Source of the DNA: Candidatus Hodarchaeaceae archaeon
Lineage (GTDB): Archaea > Hadarchaeota > Hadarchaeia > Hadarchaeales > Hadarchaeaceae
Length of the DNA stretch: 15,992 nucleotides
Assembly: GCA_030018135.1 (NCBI GenBank)
Contig: JASEGJ010000024.1
Location: forward strand, 1-15,992
Direction: 5' to 3'
Position 1 is the first letter of the stretch. Each line of letters starts with the position of its first letter. Under the pieces are notes generated by a model that saw only the letters and a list, made by a program, of their open reading frames with translations, did no database searches and was not told where the DNA came from. Shown piece after piece: positions 1 through 7,065 of the stretch. The position numbers and the translations under genes are program-made.

Positions 1-202
1 GGTTCACCAGCAGGTGGTCCAAGCCGTTGTGCGCAAACATGAAGGTCATCGCGCGGGCCCACTCGCCATCCACAAGCGTCGCACCGGATATCCCGAGGCT
101 GGTCGCGCTGAATTGCCCATCGTTCTCGAGCGCAAAAACGAAGATGCATACGAGGGCAATGAGGAGGACAGCGGCGAACGGGTTTTTGTTTCTCCTACCC
201 AT
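1..202 (-). CDS. Rhomboid family intramembrane serine protease, 5' part (runs off the window edge; not in the ORF track)
   Basis: Manual translation from the ATG at 202 gives MGRRNKNPFAAVLLIALVCIFVFALENDGQFSATSLGISGATLVDGEWARAMTFMFAHNGLDHLLVN. This has a TM helix, a GEWxR..T.MF.H loop and the HxxxxHxxxN rhomboid motif. A GGTGA RBS lies just upstream. Confidence 0.85.
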   Translation of the reverse strand, partial: MGRRNKNPFAAVLLIALVCIFVFALENDGQFSATSLGISGATLVDGEWARAMTFMFAHNGLDHLLVN

Positions 203-212
203 ACCATCACCG

Positions 213-350
213 CTATTCCTCCTCCCGATCTTTCACCTCCCAGTAGCGCAGCACGTGCCCTCGCAACATCGCTTTCCTCGCCCTGAGGCGCCAAAGCGCG
301 TAGCCCGCCGCGCATATCGCGAGCACGCCGATGCTTAGTTCGGTTACCAT
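213..350 (-). CDS. Small single-TM hypothetical protein (45 aa; not in the ORF track)
   Basis: Manual translation: MVTELSIGVLAICAAGYALWRLRARKAMLRGHVLRYWEVKDREEE*. It has a hydrophobic helix followed by a basic patch. It sits between a TATA box and the rhomboid gene and stops 10 nt before the rhomboid ATG. Confidence 0.6.
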   Translation of the reverse strand: MVTELSIGVLAICAAGYALWRLRARKAMLRGHVLRYWEVKDREEE

Positions 351-388
351 TTTTCATCCCCTCGGGATTTCCAACCGATGGGCTGCGG

Positions 389-396
389 TATATAAA
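389..396 (-). promoter_or_regulatory. TATA box (TTTATATA) for the small-protein/rhomboid operon
   Basis: Consensus archaeal TATA box about 40 nt upstream of the ATG at 350. Confidence 0.6.
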
Positions 397-464
397 TAAA
401 AGACTTGTGAAACTATCCTCCATTTTCCATCACCTGTTCTACAGTTCAACAAAATGCCATTTTT

Positions 465-510
465 CCGTCGTTCGGTCGATGGAGCGCCGTCGTTGCGGTC
501 AAATGGAGCC
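465..510. repeat. Imperfect tandem direct repeat, 2 copies of 22-24 nt
   Basis: CCGTCGTT-CGGTCG-ATGGAGCG (465-486) is followed directly by CCGTCGTTGCGGTCAAATGGAGCC (487-510), in intergenic DNA. Confidence 0.65.
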
Positions 511-565
511 ACAGCTGATCCTGGAAAAGCCCGCCTAGGAACTAGGTCGCGTCGAGAGATGGCCT

Positions 566-829
566 TCAGGGCAAATCCCCGAGCAGCCTCTTATAATTTC
601 TGAGCCACTCGTGCCCCTTTTCGGTAGTCACATATACCAGCGGCGATCTCACCCTGACCTCCACCAACCCTGAATTGAGGGCCTCGGTTAGGTACTTCTT
701 GCGCTGGGCGAAGTTCAGGTTAGCTCGGTACATGATGTGGGTGCCCCTAGCACCCTCTAAGGCAGCGGTTAAAATATCGGCAAATATCTCGACTCGACCC
801 CTACGCCGCCAGCTTGGAACCGTCACCAT
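566..829 (-). CDS. Winged helix-turn-helix transcriptional regulator (archaeal HTH_45-like, 87 aa)
   Basis: RRGRVEIFADIL...THIMYRANLNF...YL..ALNSGLV...YVTTEKG..WL is the typical small archaeal wHTH pattern. I moved the start to the ATG at 829 because the upstream extension is promoter DNA. Confidence 0.88.
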   Translation of the reverse strand: MVTVPSWRRRGRVEIFADILTAALEGARGTHIMYRANLNFAQRKKYLTEALNSGLVEVRVRSPLVYVTTEKGHEWLRNYKRLLGDLP

Positions 830-876
830 ACCCCTATTAAAGTAGAACTCAAAGCCATTTAAGCCTTTTGAATTTC

Positions 877-896
877 TTTGATACATGTGTATCAAA
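877..896. promoter_or_regulatory. Palindromic operator, copy 1: TTTGATACA-TG-TGTATCAAA
   Basis: Perfect 9-bp inverted arms just upstream of a BRE/TATA-like element (minus strand CAAAAGG-CTTAAAT, 870-857) of the wHTH gene. A second copy is at 4000-4015. Confidence 0.75.
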
Positions 897-936
897 AAAC
901 GCTTGAATGTAACTATTTTGTGTTTGGGAACCCACC

Positions 937-1236
937 TTAGCTCTCCTGTTTTTTCTCCACACGTTTACGCTGCCGCTCCGCTTCCGGCTGACCTCCACGC
1001 GGAACGATCCTGAACCGCCTATACCTCTCGAGCTCCCTGAGCATCGCTTCGCTGGGCTTGGGAACTCCTGTATCCCCGTACAGCCACAACAGGAAGCCTG
1101 TCATCCAGATGGCGACGGCAGACCAAAACGCGGCTCGAGCGCCCAATGCGCGGGCGGGATCGATCAAAGCCCAGAATATGAACCACACCATCGCCAAGAT
1201 CATCAAAAATTTCCCGAGTTCGGTCCTTGCGACCAA
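937..1236 (-). CDS. Hypothetical membrane protein (2 TM helices, charged C-terminal tail)
   Basis: Two hydrophobic segments (FLMILAMVWFIFWALI; AAFWSAVAIWMTGFLLWLY). It fills the gap between genes on the same strand. The TTG start is uncertain. Confidence 0.7.
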   Translation of the reverse strand: MVARTELGKFLMILAMVWFIFWALIDPARALGARAAFWSAVAIWMTGFLLWLYGDTGVPKPSEAMLRELERYRRFRIVPRGGQPEAERQRKRVEKKQES

Positions 1237-1307
1237 GATAAGCCCCCGATTCTTTCACCCTAAACATCGGCTCGGACCAGTAAATAAGTTCCCGAAGCGC
1301 GGCCAAC

Positions 1308-2132
1308 TCAAGCCGGCCCTATCCTGGCGTCTATGACCACATGGTCGACGCCCGGGGCGAAGCGCTTGATCACGCGCCTGCCCAAGATCTCGACATCGCG
1401 CGCTGCAGCCGCGGCCGCTATGCGCTCGACCGGCCGCTCGAACCTCAGCGGCGTGGGCACGCTCTCGTGGTAGTGGATGACGCCGCCCGCTGGCTTCAAC
1501 ACCTGTACCGCGATCGGCAGGTACCTCCCCGCAACGTGCAGGATGCCCATTATCACCCGATCCGCCGCGCCGCGGGGGGCCACCTCTGCGCAATCTCCGA
1601 AGAGGGGATTCACGACCGGCCCGACGCGGTTGATCCTGATGTTCTCGCACAGGTAGCGATACGCCGTCGGGTTGAGCTCGATCGCGTAGACCGCGCGCGG
1701 CTTCGCATGCTTGGCTATGGGTATGCTGAACTGCCCGATGCCCGCAAACATGTCGACGACGACCTCGCCCGGTCGCACGAGCTTTGCGATGCGGCCCCGC
1801 TCGTGGAGGTTGCCCGCCGCAAACATCACCTGCGCCATGTCCAGCTTGAAGAGACAACCGTGCTCCTTGTGTACGGTCTCCGTGACCTGCTCGCCGGCGA
1901 TGACCCTGAGCTGAGGTCTCCTGTAGCGGCCGACTATCGGGCCCTCCCGCAGCGCGACCGTGCGTACACCCTTCAATCGCATCAGCGCCCGCGCGACGTC
2001 GGCGGACTTAGGCAAGAGCTGGGGCGGCAAGGCCAAGATGGCCACATGGCCTATGCGATCGAAGCCGGAGGGCAGGAGCTCCAGCTCCTCAGCGGTAAGC
2101 GAGTCGCGCAGGGCTGTCCTCAAGTAGCCCAC
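1308..2132 (-). CDS. taw2: tRNA(Phe) 4-demethylwyosine(37) aminocarboxypropyltransferase Taw2 (Trm5/Tyw2 class I SAM-binding family), 274 aa
   Basis: Motifs VVVDMFAGIG, AIELNP, ADRVIMG, IHYH and KRFAPGVDHVVID are present, and the N-terminal D1 domain of Trm5 is absent, as in Taw2. The start is the GTG at 2132 after a GGTGGTGA RBS; the longer ORF overlaps the upstream gene. Confidence 0.85.
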   Translation of the reverse strand: MGYLRTALRDSLTAEELELLPSGFDRIGHVAILALPPQLLPKSADVARALMRLKGVRTVALREGPIVGRYRRPQLRVIAGEQVTETVHKEHGCLFKLDMAQVMFAAGNLHERGRIAKLVRPGEVVVDMFAGIGQFSIPIAKHAKPRAVYAIELNPTAYRYLCENIRINRVGPVVNPLFGDCAEVAPRGAADRVIMGILHVAGRYLPIAVQVLKPAGGVIHYHESVPTPLRFERPVERIAAAAAARDVEILGRRVIKRFAPGVDHVVIDARIGPA

Positions 2133-2142
2133 TTCACCACCA

Positions 2143-3573
2143 CTAGCGCTTGGGCTTGGGCTTGACGACGCCGACGACCTCCAAAAATTTGAGCCCGACG
2201 CCCCGCTCGACCGCCCCTTTAAGAATCCGCTTATCCGTGGTCCTGCCAAATGCCTTGAGCGGGATCGTCGCGCCGGCCATGGTCGGGTGACCGCCCGCCG
2301 AGCCGATTTCCTCGAACGCCTCCTTTAACACCTTGCCGAGGTGCAGCCTGATATCGCTCGTGCGGGCCGATACGTAGACAGCATCCTGAACTATGCCGTA
2401 GACCAGAACCGTCATGGTGCCCTCGCGCCTCAGGAGGTGATCGGCCGCCTGCGCTATCGCATCGCGATCCTTGACGAAACCGACGTTTGCTATGAGGTAG
2501 CCCCCCTTGAGCTTGCTGGCCCGAATCGCGCGCGCGAGCACGTCGAGCGTGTCGGGCGAGACCGCCGGCGACTGCAGCTTGGCCAGTTGCTCGACGTTTA
2601 TGAAGCGGCGGAGATACTCAAATGCATCGAAGTCCAGCGGGGTGGCTCCGCGCGTGAAGTTCATGGTGTCGGTCAGGATGCCGAACGCCAAGGCCGTGGC
2701 GATCGAACCGTCCAACTCGATGCCCGCGTATCTCAGGTAATTTGTCAGGAGGGTGGCGGTCGCCCCGACGGTGGTGATGTCCTGATACCTCGCCTTTACT
2801 TCGCCCGATGGCACCGAGTGGTGGTCGATCACTATCGTCGGTACGGCGTCCTTGGGCAGCGCGCAGTTCGCATGCGTCGCGACATCCACGAGCGCGAATG
2901 CATCGTATTCCTCGAATTTCACATCGTCCAAGAGCGTGTGGCGAAGCTCGATGTTTAAGAGGTTGACCAGGGCGCGGTTCTGCTGATGCCCTATCTCGCC
3001 GTCGTAGACTATGTCGGAATCGATGCCGAGGGTGCCCAAGTAGCGCTTCAGTGCGACGCCGCTGGCTATGCTATCCGGGTCCGGGTTGGTCTGAAGCACT
3101 ATAGCCATCTTTCCGCTGAACCCCCTTAGCAACGCCCCCAGCTTCTTCTCCTTCGCCATCGCGGTGAGCTCCTCAAACTTTTTCAGCGTGAAGTTCGCGA
3201 GGATCTCGGTCAACGGAATGGCCTCGCTCGCGCCAAATTTTTTGACCTCCGGCACCTCAGCCTCGTCCGAGACCCTTGCCACGACCACCGGATCTATCTT
3301 GAGTTCAAGCTTCAGCTGGTTGATCGCGCCGAGCGCTCGCTCGATGGTTCGAAAGTTTGAAGTCAATATCAACACGACTTCTGCGTTCTCGACGCCCGCC
3401 TGCTTCAACACATCGGTTTGACAGAAATTTCCCACGATGGCGTTGTAGCCCATGCCCTTCAGCTGCCTGACTTTTTCCTCGTCCTGGTCGACGATGACGA
3501 GTTCTGCGCCCCTCCCCTTGAGCTTGCTCGCCAGAGTGAAGCCGACGTCACCGCAGCCCAGCAATAGGTACAC
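2143..3573 (-). CDS. TrkA-N (RCK_N) domain fused to a DHH/DHHA1 phosphoesterase (NrnA-like), 476 aa
   Basis: N-terminal Rossmann GCGDVG; DHH-family motifs NPDPD, LVD, IDHH, GILTDT, SAR and SAGGH..AG; GGTGA RBS. Confidence 0.92.
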   Translation of the reverse strand: MYLLLGCGDVGFTLASKLKGRGAELVIVDQDEEKVRQLKGMGYNAIVGNFCQTDVLKQAGVENAEVVLILTSNFRTIERALGAINQLKLELKIDPVVVARVSDEAEVPEVKKFGASEAIPLTEILANFTLKKFEELTAMAKEKKLGALLRGFSGKMAIVLQTNPDPDSIASGVALKRYLGTLGIDSDIVYDGEIGHQQNRALVNLLNIELRHTLLDDVKFEEYDAFALVDVATHANCALPKDAVPTIVIDHHSVPSGEVKARYQDITTVGATATLLTNYLRYAGIELDGSIATALAFGILTDTMNFTRGATPLDFDAFEYLRRFINVEQLAKLQSPAVSPDTLDVLARAIRASKLKGGYLIANVGFVKDRDAIAQAADHLLRREGTMTVLVYGIVQDAVYVSARTSDIRLHLGKVLKEAFEEIGSAGGHPTMAGATIPLKAFGRTTDKRILKGAVERGVGLKFLEVVGVVKPKPKR

Positions 3574-3633
3574 CCATTCACCGCGGATAATTTATTTGGC
3601 CATGTTATATATTGTTTCATCGGGGGTGGGTGA

Positions 3634-3954
3634 ATGGCGAGGTTGCTCGTGGTCGAGCTCGTCGTCACGCCGTTGGGAACCGCGAAGACCGGGCTCAGCG
3701 ACTACATCGCGAGGGCCGTACAAGCTGTCAAGGCATCCGGCGTTAAGTATCAGGTCTGTCCTACGAGTACGGTCTTTGAGGCGGAGGATCTGGAAACGGC
3801 GTTTAGGGTCGCAAAGGCGGCGCACGAGGCGGTGCTCGCGACCGGGGTAAAACGGGTGCTGACAACACTGAGGGTCGACGATCGCTTGGATCAACCCAAG
3901 AGCATGGAAGAACGCGTTAAGAGGGGTAGCCGCAAAGGTAAAGTGATAGCATAG
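3634..3954 (+). CDS. MTH1187/DUF77 family thiamine-binding protein
   Basis: VVELVVTPLGT..TGLSDYIA...SGVKYQVCPTSTVFE...RVLTTLRVDDRLD matches the family pattern. A GGGTGA RBS and a TTATATAT TATA box lie upstream in a divergent promoter. Confidence 0.92.
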   Translation: MARLLVVELVVTPLGTAKTGLSDYIARAVQAVKASGVKYQVCPTSTVFEAEDLETAFRVAKAAHEAVLATGVKRVLTTLRVDDRLDQPKSMEERVKRGSRKGKVIA

Positions 3955-3999
3955 GCAACCCATTTTTCGCGGTGTCATTATTGCTCATGTTAAACTTTA

Positions 4000-4015
4000 T
4001 GATACACGTGTATCA
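4000..4015. promoter_or_regulatory. Palindromic operator, copy 2: TGATACACGTGTATCA
   Basis: Perfect 16-bp palindrome, 15/16 identical to 879-894, upstream of the GGAAAATATATTT promoter element of the PUA-nac operon. Confidence 0.75.
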
Positions 4016-4077
4016 AAAAAAGCGCGTCTTGTGGAAAATATATTTGAAGCCGAGCAATTTGGTGATAGGGTGGATCC

Positions 4078-4572
4078 TTGGACGAGCCGACGCCGCAGGA
4101 ACTTCAAAAGCTACGCGCCGTAGCCGATTACCAGTTCGACAGGGGCGTTGGGACGAGGCTTTTTCCGGATGACATCAAGGTTCTCAGGACGGGGGGAAGG
4201 GTGCGCCAAGTTAAGCTCGGCCCAGATCTGCTCTGCGCTGTCCGCGCCTCGGATGGTTTCATAGTGCTAAACCGCAGGGGGGCCGAACTCGTCCACGCCG
4301 CGTTAAAGTACCCGCGCCTCCGCGTCGTGGTCGCGGACGACGCCGCCCCGTTCATCGCGGATGGAAAGACGGTGTTCGCGAAGCACGTCGTCGGGGCCGA
4401 CCAGGAGATAAGGCCGGCAGAGGAGGTCCTCGTGGTGAATAAAAACGACCGCCTGCTGGCGAGCGGCAGAGCCTTATTGGCCGGCGAGGAAATGCTAGCG
4501 TTCAAGGTCGGCAAAGCCGTGAGCGTCAGGCGGGGATTTGGAGGTGGTCGAGATGTACCGCGGGAGGATTGA
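4078..4572 (+). CDS. Stand-alone pre-PUA/PUA RNA-binding protein (similar to the C-terminal domains of archaeosine TGT)
   Basis: LRAVADYQF..G.G..LF...RASDG...RVVV...PFIADGKTVFAKHV..AD.EIRP.EEVLVV...GRALL.G.EM..F..GKAV.VRRG. Confidence 0.9.
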   Translation: MDEPTPQELQKLRAVADYQFDRGVGTRLFPDDIKVLRTGGRVRQVKLGPDLLCAVRASDGFIVLNRRGAELVHAALKYPRLRVVVADDAAPFIADGKTVFAKHVVGADQEIRPAEEVLVVNKNDRLLASGRALLAGEEMLAFKVGKAVSVRRGFGGGRDVPRED

Positions 4573-4894
4573 CCGGCGTCAGATGGAGCGCATGATGAGG
4601 CAGGCGGGGCTGAAGATGACCGAACTGCAGGGGGTGCGCGAGGTCGTCATCAAGCTTGCGGACCGCGAGGTGGTGATACCAAACGCGCGGGTCTCGCTCA
4701 TGGAGGTGGCGGGCCAGCGCACCTATCAGATAACCGGCGAGGAGGTCGAACGAAGGCCGGAGCCCGAGGTCAGCGAGGAGGACATCAAGCTCGTGATGGA
4801 TCAGGCTGGCGTCGACAGAGGAGCCGCGCTTCGGGCGCTGAGGGAAACTGAAGGTGACCTAGCAAAGGCGATTTTGAAACTAAAGGGCGGCTGA
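4553..4894 (+). CDS. nac: Archaeal nascent polypeptide-associated complex protein
   Basis: NAC domain (RQMERMMRQAGLKM.EL.GV.EVVIK...TYQITG) plus a UBA-like tail (EEDIKLVMDQAGV..A..AL....GDLAKAILKL). The ATG at 4553 follows a GGAGGTGG RBS. Confidence 0.95.
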   Translation: MYRGRIDRRQMERMMRQAGLKMTELQGVREVVIKLADREVVIPNARVSLMEVAGQRTYQITGEEVERRPEPEVSEEDIKLVMDQAGVDRGAALRALRETEGDLAKAILKLKGG

Positions 4895-4905
4895 TGCCAG
4901 CCATT

Positions 4906-5112
4906 TCACCGCGTGAACAGAATCGCCGAAAGCAGGAAAAGCAGGATCAGCAGGGGCGAGGTCACGAAGTAGAAACCGTCGCTCCTGTAAACGTAGATCA
5001 GCCACCATGGAACGCGGGCAAAATCTATGTACTTCCCGAGTATCGGCAGTAGCACCAGCGCGACGCCGATGACGATCAGCACGATGCCTGCCCAAGTCAG
5101 CGGGTGCGTCAT
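4906..5112 (-). CDS. Small membrane protein, 2 TM (DUF2905-like)
   Basis: TM - short beta region (YVYRSDGFYFVT) - TM. It follows the B3/4 gene directly on the same strand. Confidence 0.7.
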   Translation of the reverse strand: MTHPLTWAGIVLIVIGVALVLLPILGKYIDFARVPWWLIYVYRSDGFYFVTSPLLILLFLLSAILFTR

Positions 5113-5124
5113 GCGCACGCCCAG

Positions 5125-5787
5125 CTAAAGGATTTCGCTCCTCTCCAGGTGCCCGCCGCAGTAGCTCTTCGAGTACTTCGCCACCGCCGCGAGTGCCGCC
5201 TCAACGCGCTCGCGACCTATGCCCGGAGCGTTCCAAAGCACCATGAGCGCGTTCGTCGTCTTGTTGGTCACCATCGCAGCTTTGGCGTCCCCCAAAGTGT
5301 ACGCCGACAACAGCTTTTCGTCGTCGCGGAGCACGATTTCGTTGAGCTTCGGGCTGAGCCTCCGCCCATCGATGAGTTCGAAGGGCTCGGTCTCCTTGGC
5401 GAGGGTTGTCACGGCCTGCCCCTTGAGCCTATCAGCATCGTAGACGCCGATGACGACCCAGTTCTCGACGGTCGCGAGCAAGCAGGAGTCGACGACGTTG
5501 TTGATCGCCGGAAAGCGATCGTCGAGCGCCCTGCGGAGCAGGTATTCCGGCGCCGGGCGATAGCTGGAGGGGTCAGCACCCATCGACTTGAAGAATGCTC
5601 TATATGTCTTAGCCTCAGGTATGTCCAGCACCAGAACCGCGCCGTAGCGCGCCTTGAGGTCGCTGAACACCTGGCGCTTCCGCTCGACCAGCCCCTCGAC
5701 GGTGGGCTCGACCGTTATCCCGCTGACCAAGGCATAAGCGGCGATGAAGTCCGGATATCTCTCTCGCACAGATGGATTCAACTTCAT
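5125..5787 (-). CDS. Free-standing B3/B4 domain protein (PheRS-beta editing-domain homolog)
   Basis: YRAFFKSMGADPSSYRPAPEYLLRR...FPAINNVVDSC...IGVYDADRLKG...EIVLRDD is the B3/4 signature. Confidence 0.9.
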   Translation of the reverse strand: MKLNPSVRERYPDFIAAYALVSGITVEPTVEGLVERKRQVFSDLKARYGAVLVLDIPEAKTYRAFFKSMGADPSSYRPAPEYLLRRALDDRFPAINNVVDSCLLATVENWVVIGVYDADRLKGQAVTTLAKETEPFELIDGRRLSPKLNEIVLRDDEKLLSAYTLGDAKAAMVTNKTTNALMVLWNAPGIGRERVEAALAAVAKYSKSYCGGHLERSEIL

Positions 5788-5887
5788 TCCTCAACCCCTG
5801 CTTATCTATGCTGGGTACCTTTTTAATCGTTCTGATTAACAGGCACTTTTTTACTCGGCACCGACGAAGTTTCCATTTAGCTGCTCG

Positions 5888-6478
5888 ATGACGGTCGAGA
5901 ACTTGAAAGTCCTGCCGCGATCGTTTTACGAGCGCGACACAGCGGAGGTCGCGCGGGCGTTGCTCGGGAAGATTTTGGTCAATCGAACGCCCGAGGGCAG
6001 GGCCAGCGGCAAGATCGTCGAGACCGAAGCCTACTATGGCGAAGGCGACCCCGCTTCTAGAGCATCGCGCAGGCGCACGCCACTCAACGAGATCATGTGG
6101 GGGCGCGGTGGGATGGCGTTCGTGTATATGGTGCATGCAAACTGGCTCTTCAACGTCGTCACCGAGCGCGAGGGCGTGCCCGGAGCCGTGCTCGTGCGCG
6201 CCCTAGAGCCGCTCGAGGGCATCGACCTCATGCGGAGGCGCAGGCGAATCTCGAACGAGCTGGAGCTGACCTCCGGCCCCGGAAAGCTGACGCGGGCGAT
6301 GGGGATCACGCGCAAGCATCACGGGCTCGATCTCACTGATGCCAAAAGCGAGCTGGCGATAGTCGAAGGCGAACCCCGGCGATTTTCGATAGCCAGCTCA
6401 CATAGGGTAGGGGTCAGCGCGGACCTGAAGCGGGAACTCAGGTTCTACATCGAGGGGAACCCGTTCGTCTCGAAGTAG
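5888..6478 (+). CDS. mpg: DNA-3-methyladenine glycosylase (AAG/MPG family)
   Basis: FYERDTAEVARALLGK, GKIVETEAY, AVLVRALEPLEG, LTSGPGKLTRAMGI, RVGVS and RFYIEGNPFVS. Confidence 0.96.
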   Translation: MTVENLKVLPRSFYERDTAEVARALLGKILVNRTPEGRASGKIVETEAYYGEGDPASRASRRRTPLNEIMWGRGGMAFVYMVHANWLFNVVTEREGVPGAVLVRALEPLEGIDLMRRRRRISNELELTSGPGKLTRAMGITRKHHGLDLTDAKSELAIVEGEPRRFSIASSHRVGVSADLKRELRFYIEGNPFVSK

Positions 6479-6486
6479 CTGGGCGG

Positions 6487-6936
6487 CTACCCGTAAGCCA
6501 CGTCTATGCCGAGGTCGCGGCGCAGCTTCTCGAGCTTGGCCCTCAGCTCGCCGTCGAGCCTCTGCTGCTTTTCTGAGAGGAACTCCCTGACGGGCGGGCG
6601 GGCTTCGAGATATTGTCCTAAACCAGCGGCGATGATGACGCTATCCCTCTGCGTTGGGTGCGGGGAGAGCATGCCGAATGGCATCGGCGACCCCTGCCTT
6701 ATCAGCTCGCGGATGCGGTCGTCCATCCGCTCAGCTGCGAGCTTCGCGCCGGCGCCGACGAGCTCGTAGGGGGTGCGGAACTCGCCCTTGACCTGCCAAA
6801 GCCCGACCTTGGGGCCGTAGAAGAAGAAGTCCTGGTTCCCCCACTCATCCCTGCTGCTGAGCATCCGCCAGCCGCGCGGGCTCCGCTTGTAGCGGCGGAG
6901 CATCTCCTCCATTACCTCCGCGAGTGACTTGACCAT
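6487..6936 (-). CDS. Hypothetical protein, 149 aa (probable host gene; the true start is MVKSLAEV)
   Basis: ATG at 6936 with a GGTGG RBS at 6941-6945. It is the C-terminal part of the 260-aa track ORF, whose N-terminal part belongs to the nucleotidyltransferase in the adjacent element. Confidence 0.75.
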   Translation of the reverse strand: MVKSLAEVMEEMLRRYKRSPRGWRMLSSRDEWGNQDFFFYGPKVGLWQVKGEFRTPYELVGAGAKLAAERMDDRIRELIRQGSPMPFGMLSPHPTQRDSVIIAAGLGQYLEARPPVREFLSEKQQRLDGELRAKLEKLRRDLGIDVAYG

Positions 6937-7014
6937 GTGACCACCGCTGATCCTTTCACACTTAATCTGTGAGTCCCTGCTAAAATGTGTTCTTAACAAT
7001 GCCCTATTTTGCTT

Positions 7015-7042
7015 TGGTGCGGCCGGCGGGACTTGAACCCAC
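7015..7042 (-). repeat. att-like duplicate of the tRNA-Gly 3' end (T arm, 3' acceptor strand and CCA)
   Basis: 7016-7040 GGTGCGGCCGGCGGGACTTGAACCC matches 8123-8147 GGTGCGGCCGGCGGGATTTGAACCC at 24/25 positions, in direct orientation. Confidence 0.93.
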
Positions 7043-7065
7043 ATGCTTGACATTTTTAACCAATT

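Noticed and set aside
46-423. 125-aa minus-strand ORF preceded by GGTGA
   Set aside because: It runs through the TATA box and overlaps the rhomboid and small TM genes out of frame, and it has no recognisable protein features.
465-510. Tandem repeat as a CRISPR array or ORB/replication origin
   Set aside because: There are only two copies with no spacer and no cas genes. The match to ORB is partial (CTCCATTTGA) with no G-string and no cdc6 nearby.
2133-2249. Ser-rich N-terminal extension of Taw2
   Set aside because: It is an out-of-frame overlap with the DHH gene's 3' end. The RBS-supported GTG is at 2132.
1341-2958. Long antisense ORFs (1341-2165, 2341-2958; likewise 5104-5826, 8642-9232, 10087-10626, 12683-13246)
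   Set aside because: They are shadow ORFs opposite well-supported genes in GC-rich DNA and show no motifs.
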